This document shows, piece after piece, positions 26,221-36,133 of a stretch of DNA of 64,000 bases (positions are counted from its first letter, which is position 1; every line of letters starts with the position of its first letter). The stretch covers positions 288,001 through 352,000 of the forward strand of contig CAXXWC010000001.1 of assembly GCA_963668645.2 (NCBI GenBank), written 5' to 3'. Under the pieces are notes generated by a model. It was not told where the DNA came from. It worked only from the letters and a program-made list of their open reading frames with translations, and did not search any database. Made by a program: the position numbers and the translations under genes. This DNA is from Desulfobacterales bacterium. Its GTDB lineage: Bacteria > Desulfobacterota > Desulfobacteria > Desulfobacterales > UBA2174.

Positions 26221-26700
26221 ATGGCCACAATGCCGGATCTCGACGACACCGACCGTGCCCTGCTCAATCGCATCCAATCGGACTTTCCGCTCACCGAACG
26301 TCCTTTTGCCGCCATCGGGGCTGAACTGAACCTGTCCGAAGCGGATGTGCTGGACCGGGTTCGGCGCCTGAAGGACCAGGACATCATCCGGCGCATCGGC
26401 GGCAACTTCGTCCCCGAAAAAGTGGGGTTCGTTTCGACCCTCTGCGCGGCCCGGGTCCCCCAAGACCGGATCGAGGCCTTCAGCATTGTCGTCAATCGCT
26501 ACGCCGGGGTCACCCACAACTATCTGCGCGATCATCAACTCAACGTCTGGTTCACCTTTATCGCTCCGTCCATGGAAGAGATCGAAGCCCATCTGGCCGC
26601 CATCCGCCGGGAGACGGGGGTCGAAAAAATCCTCAATCTGCCGGCCACCCGGGTTTTTAAAATCCGGGCGCACTTCGACCTGGATCAAATCGATATCTGA
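26221..26700 (+). CDS. ahbA: Siroheme decarboxylase subunit alpha (AsnC-like fold)
   Basis: LLNRIQSDFPL..RPF, IIRRIG, STLCAA, GVTHNYLRDH..NVWFT. Confidence 0.88.
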   Translation: MATMPDLDDTDRALLNRIQSDFPLTERPFAAIGAELNLSEADVLDRVRRLKDQDIIRRIGGNFVPEKVGFVSTLCAARVPQDRIEAFSIVVNRYAGVTHNYLRDHQLNVWFTFIAPSMEEIEAHLAAIRRETGVEKILNLPATRVFKIRAHFDLDQIDI

Positions 26701-27187
26701 ACATCGATCTGCCGACCAAAGATCGGCTTGGACCAACCGATGAAACGCACTCCACCCGCGCCCAGGTATGGCCGCGCTGATAGTAGTAATCCTGCGCCAC
26801 GGTGAAACCCGATACATGGGCGAAGCCCGGCGCAGATGGGGTGGGCAGCAGCCCGGCATCCTCGATCATCTGGTCGTAGGGACACTTGACACAGTTGTAG
26901 CCATGGGCGCAAAGTTTGTAGGCCACCCGGCCGCTGAGCATGTGCCGGCACTTGAGATCCTTGACCAGCATGCGCAGCCGCGGCGGGGTATGGTCCTGGG
27001 CCGCGGCGCCGGGGCGCTTTTCTCGGGCCTGAAAATCGCGCTGCACCTTCTGGTCGAAATCGCACCCGAGGCAATCGAAGGCGTTCATGCATTTGACCGG
27101 CTTGATCACCCCGGCCTGGCTCCAAACGCACTGATCCTGGATTGTCTGATAGACCACCGGACGACTGTTTTGCTTTTGAGCTGCCAT
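26657..27187 (-). pseudogene. Truncated Cys-rich GcvH-like protein of deltaproteobacteria (homology ends at ~26750)
   Basis: CVWSQAGV..C..AFDC..C.FDQ and CRHMLSG...C...YNC..CPYDQ repeats, then YYYQRGHTWARVE (start of an H-protein fold), followed by an unrelated tail overlapping ahbA. Confidence 0.65.
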
Positions 27188-27265
27188 GACGGCCTCCTTT
27201 CATTGCGTTGATAGGGTGGGACTTCGAAGGGGATGTTTGAATTGCAGGTCTTGACCAGGCATAAA

Positions 27266-27281
27266 AGCAGAAATCGGGCCA
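27266..27281 (-). promoter_or_regulatory. Putative sigma54 (-24/-12) promoter of the GcvH-like gene
   Basis: Minus strand TGGCCCGATTTCTGCT, GG-N10-GC spacing, AT-rich upstream region. Confidence 0.55.
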
Positions 27282-27578
27282 GGGTTTTACACAGGGCTGA
27301 AAACAATTTTATCCAATTGATTTTTAACCAGAATCAATTTAACCCGCAATCCTTGCCGGCCCGCTGCCACCCCCGGAAAAATGAGGCGAAATGCGTCACA
27401 CGATTCCACCGCCGGCTCATCCTGGAAAAATAATTTTTAATAACAAATGGTTATAAGAATGATGCAAAATACACCAGGGTGGCGCAAATTACCGCGTTTT
27501 TCGTAACAAGGCCTTTCTGGAACGGATTTTTTGCAGCAATGATCCGGCAGATCATCGAGACAAGAATGGAATTTTGCC

Positions 27579-28427
27579 ATGAAAGATATCCGCATCGCCG
27601 TTGCCGTCAGCCGCTCTCCGCTGGGGCAGATCGCGTACAACCTGGAGACGGTTCAAAAGATGACGATCCGGGCGGCCCGTCATGGAGCGGCCATGGTCTG
27701 TTTTTCCGAACTCAACGTCACCGGCTACGGTCTTGGCCAAGCACTACGAGACGCGGCCCTTTCAGCGTCGGACCCGGTGCTGGATCGGCTGGCCGAAACC
27801 GCGTCGCGAAGCGGTGTGGTGATCCTGGCCGGCCTGGCGGAAAAGGCCCCCGGCGCCTTGGTCTATGCGGCTCACTGGGTCTTCTGGCCCGACGGGCGCC
27901 GGCAAGCCTATCGCAAAGTGCATATCGCGCCACCGGAAAAGGGGGTCCTCACCGGCGGCGACCGGGCCCCGCTTTTCGAAGCTGCAGGGGTGCGCTTCGG
28001 CATCCAGCTCTGTTACGATGCCCACTTCCCCGAGCTGTCCACCCGCATGGCCCTGGACGGTGCCGAACTCATCTTCGTTCCCCATGCCTCACCCCACGGC
28101 ACGGTACGGCAAAAAAGAGATTCCTGGCGGCGGCATCTTACCGCTCGGGCTTTTGACAACGGGGTATTTGTGGTGGCCTGCAACCAAAGCGGGGAAAATG
28201 GGGCCGGTTTGAGCTTTCCGGGCCTGGCCATGATCATCGGGCCGGACGGCGCCATTCTGGCCGGCAAGAGCGCCGCCGGTGACAGCCTGTTGATCGCCGA
28301 TCTTTGCGCCGAATCCCTCTGCCGGGTCCGGGAGCACCGCATGCGCTACTTCCTGCCGCACCGGCGGCCTGAGGTCTACGCAGGAACGAATAAGTTGAAC
28401 CCCCAACCCGACCCATGCCAACAGTAG
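27579..28427 (+). CDS. Carbon-nitrogen hydrolase (nitrilase family)
   Basis: E-K-C triad: FSELNVTGY, YRKVH, LCYDAHFPE; ARAFDNG. Confidence 0.92.
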   Translation: MKDIRIAVAVSRSPLGQIAYNLETVQKMTIRAARHGAAMVCFSELNVTGYGLGQALRDAALSASDPVLDRLAETASRSGVVILAGLAEKAPGALVYAAHWVFWPDGRRQAYRKVHIAPPEKGVLTGGDRAPLFEAAGVRFGIQLCYDAHFPELSTRMALDGAELIFVPHASPHGTVRQKRDSWRRHLTARAFDNGVFVVACNQSGENGAGLSFPGLAMIIGPDGAILAGKSAAGDSLLIADLCAESLCRVREHRMRYFLPHRRPEVYAGTNKLNPQPDPCQQ

Positions 28428-28456
28428 ACCGCCTCAGGGCACGGCAGACGCCCGCC

Positions 28457-29197
28457 TCACCTGCCTCCGGATATCAGAAGCGGCAGCACGCTGGTGGCCA
28501 AAAAATCACAAAGGCCGTGCACCATGATGTTCAGGGTCAGGTTACCCTGCCAGAGGTAAAGAAGGGTCAGCACCGCCCCCAGCGGCAGCACAACACCCAA
28601 TGCATGAACGGCGCCCGCGTAGGGGATGTGGGAAAGACTGAACAGAAGCAGCCCGGCCAGGGCCCCCGGCCAGCGGAGGCCCAAAATCCGGTCGCTGCGC
28701 GTAATCGGATAGGCCCGGAAAAGGATCTCCTCGACGAACCCGGCACGCAGGCTGGTGGCGAACCGGGCCCACAGCGGCCATTGGGCCACGGTGGTCACAT
28801 CCACCATGGTCCTTGAGGCCAGGTGGAAAATCCGGGTTTCAAAGTCCCACAGCAGCGCTATCATCAGGCACATCCCCGCCGCAAGGCAGACCCCGAGCAC
28901 CGCTTGGCGCAGCGAAAGGCGGCCGAGCCCCAACGCGCCGAGCCCCTCGCCTTCCAGGTAGCGCACCACCAGGAGTACCGCCAGGGCCAGGTCCCAGAAA
29001 AAGACTTCGTTGGCCACGAAGGCGGCCGCCGGATCCATAAACCGCTGGGACAGGATCCGCAGCACCCGGGCCCAGATCACCGGGGCCCCCAGGGACAAAG
29101 CGAGCACGGTCAGGGCGATGATCAAAGGGGGGCGACGCAATAATCTGCTCTTCAAAGCGGATACCCACTCCCTGGGATCGGATGGGCCAAAGGGCAC
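28457..29197 (-). CDS. CPBP/CAAX family intramembrane glutamic endopeptidase
   Basis: EEILFR, FSLSH, HGLCD motifs, hydrophobic. Start uncertain. Confidence 0.85.
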   Translation of the reverse strand: MPFGPSDPREWVSALKSRLLRRPPLIIALTVLALSLGAPVIWARVLRILSQRFMDPAAAFVANEVFFWDLALAVLLVVRYLEGEGLGALGLGRLSLRQAVLGVCLAAGMCLMIALLWDFETRIFHLASRTMVDVTTVAQWPLWARFATSLRAGFVEEILFRAYPITRSDRILGLRWPGALAGLLLFSLSHIPYAGAVHALGVVLPLGAVLTLLYLWQGNLTLNIMVHGLCDFLATSVLPLLISGGR

Positions 29198-29209
29198 CGG
29201 CAGCAGGCG

Positions 29210-29905
29210 CTATTCGGGGGCGGCGAAAAGGCCGGCCCCTTTCTTGAAGCGCCCGATTTCCACCCCCAGAGACCTCAGCACCAGAGTCAGAGGGCGGCCG
29301 AAGACGAAATCGAGCAGCCCCTCGACCATGCGGCGCTTTTCCACCAGCAGGCGGCGCAGTTCGAGATCGTAACGCACCTTTCCCATCAGCTCCCGTTCCA
29401 GGGCCCGGCTTCCCTGCCCGTTGCAGCGCCAATCTTCGGCCAATGCCGTCACCTGCCAGACACTGCAACGCCGCTCATGGTCGCTTACCAGATCCCAGAG
29501 TCCCTCCACCTCACCGATAAGGTCACGCCGGCAGAGGCGTTCACGATCATAGAGGGCTTCGATGGCGGCGGTTTGCCGGCAGTCAAGGACCCGGCATTCC
29601 ACCGGCCGGTGCATATAGATGGTGCAGGCATTGCCCGGCGGGTCGAAATAGATGCAGCCGCGTGTCCCCGGACGGCTTCGAATCTTGATGATATCCTGGC
29701 TGCATACGGTCAGCCGGTCTTGCTTGACGTTGTCGCGCACCGGTTCACCGGGCCGGATGGTATAAAGCCGGTGGGCGGGGATCCGACCGTCGTCCACCAG
29801 GGGCCGGTCCTGGCGGTGCAGGGCCGGTCCGCCGTTGCGGCAGCAGGTGCCGCAGCGGCGGCAGGTGCCGCGCAGCCGGTCATCTATTTGGGAGTTTTCC
29901 ACCAT
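29210..29905 (-). CDS. YkgJ family cysteine cluster protein
   Basis: CRRCGTCC, GCIYF, CTIYMHRPVECRVLDC. Confidence 0.85.
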   Translation of the reverse strand: MVENSQIDDRLRGTCRRCGTCCRNGGPALHRQDRPLVDDGRIPAHRLYTIRPGEPVRDNVKQDRLTVCSQDIIKIRSRPGTRGCIYFDPPGNACTIYMHRPVECRVLDCRQTAAIEALYDRERLCRRDLIGEVEGLWDLVSDHERRCSVWQVTALAEDWRCNGQGSRALERELMGKVRYDLELRRLLVEKRRMVEGLLDFVFGRPLTLVLRSLGVEIGRFKKGAGLFAAPE

Positions 29906-30031
29906 TGCGGCAGGCTACCGGATTCCGTGCGTCATGGCAATCGCCCGTCGCCGGCGTAAAATCCTCGGTGAGGTTAATACTTGGGGGGCATCGGAACCCA
30001 AGATCGCGCCAACCCGGCCTCTGAACCTTTC

Positions 30032-30808
30032 TCATCCACCGGGTGAATAACCCATCAAGCGGGAAATTTCCTTTGCCGCGGCGACAATTTGGGGAGCAAT
30101 CTGCTCAAAGGCCTCACGCTCCGGGCGCCGGCTCGTCGTCCATGCGATGTTGGTGGCGGCAAAGGGGATGCCTCTGTAATTGAAAATAGGCGCCGCCACG
30201 GCTCTCAACCCTATTTCCAGCTCTTCGTTGTTTACGGCAAAGCCCTTTGCCCGGATCTGCTCAAGCTCTTTGAGCAACGCTGCACGGGAGACGATGGTGT
30301 TGCCGGTTCTCGGCTTGAACTCGATGCCGGCGATGATCTTTTCCAACTCTTCTTCCGGCATAAAAGCCAGGATCACCTTGCCCATACTGGCGCAGTAGAC
30401 CGGCAGCCGTTCGCCCACCTCGACGTTGGCGTTGACCAGATAGTCGGATACCACCCGCTCGATGTAGACGATTTCCGAACCGCTGAGCAGTGCGAGGTTG
30501 ACCGTTTCCCGGGTCTGGTCCCGCAACCGCCTCAGGATGGGCAGGGCTGACCTTCTCAGGCTGATACCCTTGAGTGCGGAAACCATCAGGGCCGTCAACC
30601 TCGGTCCGTATTGATATTTCTTGGTACCGGGAAACAGCTCGAGAACCCCGAGGGTCTGCATCGTCTTGAGCAGGCGAAAGCAGGTGGTTTTCTTATAACC
30701 GGTGGTCCGCGAGATTTCTTCCAGAGTCAGCAGATGATCGCCGCTGTGGAGACAATCGAGGATGTTAAAACACTTCTCGATGGATTGGTTGTGGTCTCTG
30801 CCGGGCAC
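30032..30808 (-). CDS. IclR family transcriptional regulator
   Basis: N-terminal HTH (KTTCFRLLKTM), ETVNLA, ASMGKVILAF, GLRAVAAPIF. Confidence 0.95.
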   Translation of the reverse strand: MPGRDHNQSIEKCFNILDCLHSGDHLLTLEEISRTTGYKKTTCFRLLKTMQTLGVLELFPGTKKYQYGPRLTALMVSALKGISLRRSALPILRRLRDQTRETVNLALLSGSEIVYIERVVSDYLVNANVEVGERLPVYCASMGKVILAFMPEEELEKIIAGIEFKPRTGNTIVSRAALLKELEQIRAKGFAVNNEELEIGLRAVAAPIFNYRGIPFAATNIAWTTSRRPEREAFEQIAPQIVAAAKEISRLMGYSPGG

Positions 30809-31053
30809 GGCTTTCTCCTTTGCACCGCAATTTTAGCATGAAAACCGATTAGATACTGAATCCGCGAAGGCGGATTTTTCTATCATCGGCGCTGGTTGCA
30901 CGTCAAGGAGGTTTGCAGCCGTCCGGCAATTCCCGGTCAATCCGAGATCAGTTGATTGGCCCAAAGAATGAAAGCATTGGACTTGCGATTTTTGCAAAAC
31001 GGTGCCGGCGGCTCGGGGTCTGAGTTTGCACGCCCGGGCCGCCGGGGCTGAAA

Positions 31054-32844
31054 TCAGGCCGCAACGGCCGGCGGAACAGACTGCGCGAGCAAGTTCCGGT
31101 TTATGGCCACCGGCATCGTCAGCAGGGCCTGGGAAAGGGTCTTGCCCTGATTGTCCAAAAGAAGCGACACTGTCCCGCCGCCGTCCAGGGCGTTCTCGAG
31201 AACGAAGTTGACCGCCCGCAGATTGTCCAGCCGGTAGCGCCGCACCGATCCGCGAACATTGGTGTTGAAAAAGGCCGCCACCTTTTCACAGGTCAATTCA
31301 CGCAACAGTTCAGGATAGAACCGCTCCTCCAGCGCGGCCACACCGATGTTGCAGCAATCGCCCTTGTCCCCGGAGCGGGCGTGGGCCACGCGTCCGAGGG
31401 GCACCTGAACCGTTTCGCCGTCCGGCCGCTTTCCCGTTTCCACCGGCTCCGGCGGCAGCAGAGGCTCCCCGGCCGGGCCGGCGTCGCAATTGAAGAACGA
31501 CTCTTCACCGTTTACCCGCAGCCTTGCCGTGACCGCCTGCCGGGGGATCAGGGCCGGCCAGAAACCGTAGGCCGGCTGGACCTGGGGCCGGCCGCCGAAA
31601 ACGGTCACGCCCGGCGGGCCGGAAAGGATCAGCCCGGCGATTTCCCGGCTCATCCTGACCAGGGGCGCCTTGTCGGCGGCCCGGGCCGCAAAACGCAGGA
31701 TAATCTCGCTCGGCTCGACTCCGGGGGCGGCCGACTCGCCCCAGCAGGCCGTGTAGCCGACAAAATCGGTGCGCCGCTCGCTGAATCCGCCGCCCACCCG
31801 TTCCCAGAACATCTTTGCGAAGCATTCGGCCTTGGCGATGACATCCGGCCCGCTGACCACCAGCATGGCCACGGCTTTATAGCCGGCTTCGTAAGTCACG
31901 GAGACCTTGAGCCGGGGTGGGGGCTGGCGGCCGCGCACATCCTTGACCAGGACCCGGTCCGGCCCGGCCTGAGCCAGGCTGAGGGAGGTAAAATCCGCAG
32001 CGACATCCGGGCAAAGATATGCCCGTGGATCTCCGATTTCGTAAAGGATCTGTTCCTTGGCGGTACGCACGCTGACCAGGCCGCCCGAGCCCGGGTGCTT
32101 GGTCAGGTAAAACGAACCGTTTGCATGCACCTCTACCAGGGGGTAGCCCATGTTGGAAAACGACGGCACTTCCTTCCAGAGGGTATAATTGCCGCCGGTG
32201 GACTGGGCGCCGCACTCGATAAGATGCCCGGCGACCAAAGCGGCCGCCAGCCGGTCGAAATCGTCCCAGGCCCAGCCGAATTCATGAACGATGGGCGCCA
32301 CCACGCTGGCCGCGTCGTAAGTGCGCCCGGTGATGACGATACGCGCCCCCTGCTCCAGCGCCGCCACGATGGGCCGGGCCCCGATGTAAGCATTGGCGGA
32401 GATGACCTTGGCGTCCAGTGATGCCAATGGGGCGCCGGTATCCAGGTGGGTAAAGTCACATCCTTGTTCAATCATTTCCGGCAAACGGCCCGTAAGATCG
32501 TCGCCGTCGACCACGGCCACCGGCAGGTGCAGGCCCTGGGCGACGATCTGTTCCTCGAGGGCTGCTGCGCAGGCGCGCGGGTTGATACCGCCGGCGTTGC
32601 TGATGACGGTGATGTTCTTTTCCGCCACCTTGTTGAGCACCTTGGTCAGAGCCTGGACGAAATCCCGCGCGTACCCGGCCTGTGTATCCTTGGCGCGCTG
32701 GCGTGCCAGAATAATCATGGTGATCTCGGCCAGGAAATCACCGGTCAGATAGTCGATCGGCCCACCGTCCAGCTGGCGTTGGATGGCCGCGACCTCATCG
32801 CCCCAGAAACCGCTCGCATTGGCAATGACAATACGCTCTCGCAT
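31054..32844 (-). CDS. Acyclic terpene utilization AtuA family protein (DUF1446)
   Basis: ANASGFWGD, DFLAEITM, NAGGINP, SANAYIGA, GHLIECGAQSTGGN, HARSGDKGD..NIG, DNQGK. Confidence 0.92.
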   Translation of the reverse strand: MRERIVIANASGFWGDEVAAIQRQLDGGPIDYLTGDFLAEITMIILARQRAKDTQAGYARDFVQALTKVLNKVAEKNITVISNAGGINPRACAAALEEQIVAQGLHLPVAVVDGDDLTGRLPEMIEQGCDFTHLDTGAPLASLDAKVISANAYIGARPIVAALEQGARIVITGRTYDAASVVAPIVHEFGWAWDDFDRLAAALVAGHLIECGAQSTGGNYTLWKEVPSFSNMGYPLVEVHANGSFYLTKHPGSGGLVSVRTAKEQILYEIGDPRAYLCPDVAADFTSLSLAQAGPDRVLVKDVRGRQPPPRLKVSVTYEAGYKAVAMLVVSGPDVIAKAECFAKMFWERVGGGFSERRTDFVGYTACWGESAAPGVEPSEIILRFAARAADKAPLVRMSREIAGLILSGPPGVTVFGGRPQVQPAYGFWPALIPRQAVTARLRVNGEESFFNCDAGPAGEPLLPPEPVETGKRPDGETVQVPLGRVAHARSGDKGDCCNIGVAALEERFYPELLRELTCEKVAAFFNTNVRGSVRRYRLDNLRAVNFVLENALDGGGTVSLLLDNQGKTLSQALLTMPVAINRNLLAQSVPPAVAA

Positions 32845-32894
32845 GAAAAGTCTCCTCTGTATCCACCGCGATGAAATCTTTTGACCGCCGCCGG

Positions 32895-34103
32895 TCAGGC
32901 CACCGCTTCGGCCTGCCGCAGGGCGGCGACCTCATCCGCTTTCAGGTTCAACACCTCTTTGAGCACCGCATCGGTGTGCTCTCCCAGCAGCGGGGCCGGC
33001 GTTACGACCTCCGCCGGGGTTTCCGACAGGTTGACCGGCGAGCCGACCACCTTGATCATCCCGGCAACAGGATGTTCGATCTCCCGGATCATCCGCCTGG
33101 CCGTCACGATATGCTCGTCCTCGACGACCTCCTTGACCGTGTACAGGGGCGCGCAGGGAATCTTTTTGGACAGTAGGAACTCGACGATCCGCTCGACCTC
33201 CTGCTCTCCGGTCCACGCTTCGACCAGTGCCCTGACTTTCTCGTGGGCCTTGACCCGGTCGTAGTTGTCCAGGTAGGCCGGATCGTCCAGCAGTTCGGGT
33301 CGCCCGGTGGCGTGGCAGAACTCCTCCCAGAGCTTGTTGTTGCCCACGGCGATGATCACCCAGCCGTTTTTGGCCTTAAAGGTGTCGTAGGGGTAAATGA
33401 ACTCGTAGCGGTTGCCGGTGCGCTGCGGGATCCGCTTCTCCACCAGGTAGATCTGAATGATGGTTTCCATGGCCGAAACCACCGAGTCGACCAGGGCAAT
33501 GTCGACCTTCTGCCCGGGCCCGCCGCGCTGGACGGCGAGCAGCCCCGTAAGGATGCCGACGCAGGCGTTGAGCCCGGCGAGCACATCGGCGATGGCCGTG
33601 CCGGTGCGCGTCGGCGGGCTTTCCGGCCAACCGGTGACGCTCATGATCCCGCCCATGGCCTGGCCGACGATGTCGTAGCCGGGAAGATGCTTCTTCGGCC
33701 CCGAATGGCCGAACCCCGAAATGCTGGCATAGATGATCTGCGGGTTGCGCGACTTGATCGTCTCGTATCCCACCCCGAGTTTCTCCATGGTGCCCGGGCG
33801 GTAGTTTTCCAGCACCACGTCCGACTTTTCCACCAGGTCGAGAAAAATCTGCCTGGCCTGGGGCTTTTTCAGGTCGAGCACGATGCTCTTCTTGTTGCGG
33901 TTCAGATTCATGAAATAGGCGCTCTGGTCACCGATAAACGGCGGATAGCGCCGTGAATCGTCCCCCTGCCCCTGCATTTCGATCTTGATGATTTCCGCTC
34001 CCATATCACCGAGCAGCATGGTGCAAAATGGTCCGGCCAGGACCCGGGTCAGATCGAGCACGCGAATGCCCTTCAAGGCCCCGCCTTTATCCGTAGTAGC
34101 CAT
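32895..34103 (-). CDS. CaiB/BaiF family (class III) CoA transferase
   Basis: VLDLTRVLAGPF, NRNKKS, ENYRPG, SISGFG, GYD, PLLGEHT. Confidence 0.96.
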   Translation of the reverse strand: MATTDKGGALKGIRVLDLTRVLAGPFCTMLLGDMGAEIIKIEMQGQGDDSRRYPPFIGDQSAYFMNLNRNKKSIVLDLKKPQARQIFLDLVEKSDVVLENYRPGTMEKLGVGYETIKSRNPQIIYASISGFGHSGPKKHLPGYDIVGQAMGGIMSVTGWPESPPTRTGTAIADVLAGLNACVGILTGLLAVQRGGPGQKVDIALVDSVVSAMETIIQIYLVEKRIPQRTGNRYEFIYPYDTFKAKNGWVIIAVGNNKLWEEFCHATGRPELLDDPAYLDNYDRVKAHEKVRALVEAWTGEQEVERIVEFLLSKKIPCAPLYTVKEVVEDEHIVTARRMIREIEHPVAGMIKVVGSPVNLSETPAEVVTPAPLLGEHTDAVLKEVLNLKADEVAALRQAEAVA

Positions 34104-34127
34104 AAAAATCCTCCGTCGGCGGTTGAT

Positions 34128-36029
34128 TCATGCCGTGGTTGTCACAAGCCGTGTCTTTGTCCGCCTGCGAAGGGCATAGAGCCCGATGGTGATCGCCAGG
34201 GCGACCAGCGAAGTCCACATCCCAGGCAGGATGGCCATCACAGCCACGATGAGCCACAGCAGTTTGTCCAGTACAGGTTTCGCGGTAACTTTCAGCCCGC
34301 CGAAGAGATTGGCGAACGAGAGAACGAAAATGCCGCCTGAAAAGGCTGCCCGTAAAAAGCCCGCCACGCCCGCCTGGGCCAGCATGCCGGGGTAGATGAT
34401 AAACAGAAACGGGATGACGTAGGTGACGGCCCCCAGGGAAAGGGCATACTTGGCGGTCTGGGTCCATTCGGTCTCCGCGATTCCCGAACCGACAAACACG
34501 GCGATGCACACCGGCGGCGTGATCACCGATAAGGTGGCGTAGTAAAAAACGAACAGGTGGGCCACGATAGGCGCCACCCCCATCTTGATCATCGCCGGTG
34601 CCAGGACCGCCGCCACCAGCACGTAGGCGGCCGTGGTCGGGATCCCCATCCCCATGATCATGCAAACCACGGCGACGATGATCGCCACGATGAAAATGCT
34701 GTCCCCGCCCATGGTGACGATCAGCGAAGAAAGGGTGATGCCGAGACCGGTCATGTTGATCATGGCCACCATGATCTGGGCCCCGGCCAGCAGGATGCCG
34801 ATGATCAGCAACCCCTTGGAGGCATCCTTGAAGGCCCGGATCAACTGCTTGGCTGCCGGGCCCAGATCGGCCGCGGATCGGATGCGGGTGATCGGAAAGA
34901 CGATCAGGGCCGCGGCCATGCCGAAGAAAGCTGCCGTCTGGATGGCGTTGCCCCGGAATATGCCCACGAACAGGGCCCCCAGGGCGGCCACCACCGGAGT
35001 CAGGCGGCGCCAGTAAAGGATCTCCTTCCAGGCCGGCACTTCGGCGTCGGGCAGGCATCCGAGGTTGTGTTCCTTGGCCATGACATCGATGGTCATAAAC
35101 ACGCCGGCGTAGAATAAGATCGCCGGCAGCGCGGCGGCCACAATGATCGAGAAGTACTCCACGCCGATGATCTCGGCCATGATGAAGGCCGCGGCCCCCA
35201 TGATCGGCGGGGCGAGCTGGCCGCCGGTGGAGGCCACCGCCTCGGTGCCGGCGGCCATGGCCGGCGGGTAGTTCAGGCGCTTCATCAACGGAATGGTGAA
35301 ATTGCCCGTGGTGGCGACGTTGGCCACCGCGCTGCCGCTGACCATGCCGAAGAGCCCCGAGGCGATGGTGGCGATCTTGGCGCCGCCGCCCGGGGCCCGG
35401 CCGCCCAGGCGCATGGCCAGGTCGATGAAGGTCTGGCCGCCGCCGGTGTTGAGCAGGATCCCGCCAAAGAGGGTAAAGGCGGCGATGATGGTGGCCGCCA
35501 CCCCCATCAGCATCCCCCACACCCCCAGATCCCCGAGAAACAGGGTCTCGGTGACAAAATAGACGTCAAAACCGCGGTGGCCGAGACGTCCGGGCACGTA
35601 TTCGCCGAACAGGGCATAGACCAGGATGATCACCACAATGGTCGGAAAAATGTAACCGATGGCCCGCCTGGCGATCTCCAGCACCACCAGCGACAGGGCC
35701 GCGGTCATGAAAATGTCGTAGGATTGGGCCATGGGCAGCGTCGTCATGATCGTCTCGTAATTGACGATGACATAGGTACAGGCGGCCAACGACACCAGCA
35801 CCATGCACAGATCGATGAAAATTCCCGCCTTACGCCATCGTGTGTCCCCCCAGAGCGGGTAGTAAAGAACGCCCAGGCAGATCAGAATCGCCAGAAAAAT
35901 GGCGCGCTGAATAATGCCCTCGAAAGGACCGGTGCCGCAGGTGTACAGCACGAACAGGCTCAACAGAACGGACAACAAGGCGATGCCCTTATGACGCAGT
36001 CCTTCTTTTTCCGCACTCACAGCGTTCAT
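34128..36029 (-). CDS. TRAP transporter fused 4TM/12TM permease (TAXI type)
   Basis: GGGAKIA, SGSAVANVATTG, EAVASTGGQLAPPIMGAAAFIMAE, GMGIPTTAAY, ITPPVC. Confidence 0.95.
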   Translation of the reverse strand: MNAVSAEKEGLRHKGIALLSVLLSLFVLYTCGTGPFEGIIQRAIFLAILICLGVLYYPLWGDTRWRKAGIFIDLCMVLVSLAACTYVIVNYETIMTTLPMAQSYDIFMTAALSLVVLEIARRAIGYIFPTIVVIILVYALFGEYVPGRLGHRGFDVYFVTETLFLGDLGVWGMLMGVAATIIAAFTLFGGILLNTGGGQTFIDLAMRLGGRAPGGGAKIATIASGLFGMVSGSAVANVATTGNFTIPLMKRLNYPPAMAAGTEAVASTGGQLAPPIMGAAAFIMAEIIGVEYFSIIVAAALPAILFYAGVFMTIDVMAKEHNLGCLPDAEVPAWKEILYWRRLTPVVAALGALFVGIFRGNAIQTAAFFGMAAALIVFPITRIRSAADLGPAAKQLIRAFKDASKGLLIIGILLAGAQIMVAMINMTGLGITLSSLIVTMGGDSIFIVAIIVAVVCMIMGMGIPTTAAYVLVAAVLAPAMIKMGVAPIVAHLFVFYYATLSVITPPVCIAVFVGSGIAETEWTQTAKYALSLGAVTYVIPFLFIIYPGMLAQAGVAGFLRAAFSGGIFVLSFANLFGGLKVTAKPVLDKLLWLIVAVMAILPGMWTSLVALAITIGLYALRRRTKTRLVTTTA

Positions 36030-36133
36030 GCCTCCCCCGATTCCATGACGGTTGAAAGATTACACTTCTTGCCGGTGGGCGCCGGGCGCCCACCGGTTGT
36101 TGTCTTATCGTCGAACTCGGGTTCCATCCGGCG

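Noticed and set aside
27517..27536. Sigma54 promoter for the nitrilase gene
   Set aside because: GG to GC spacing is 12 nt rather than the required 10.
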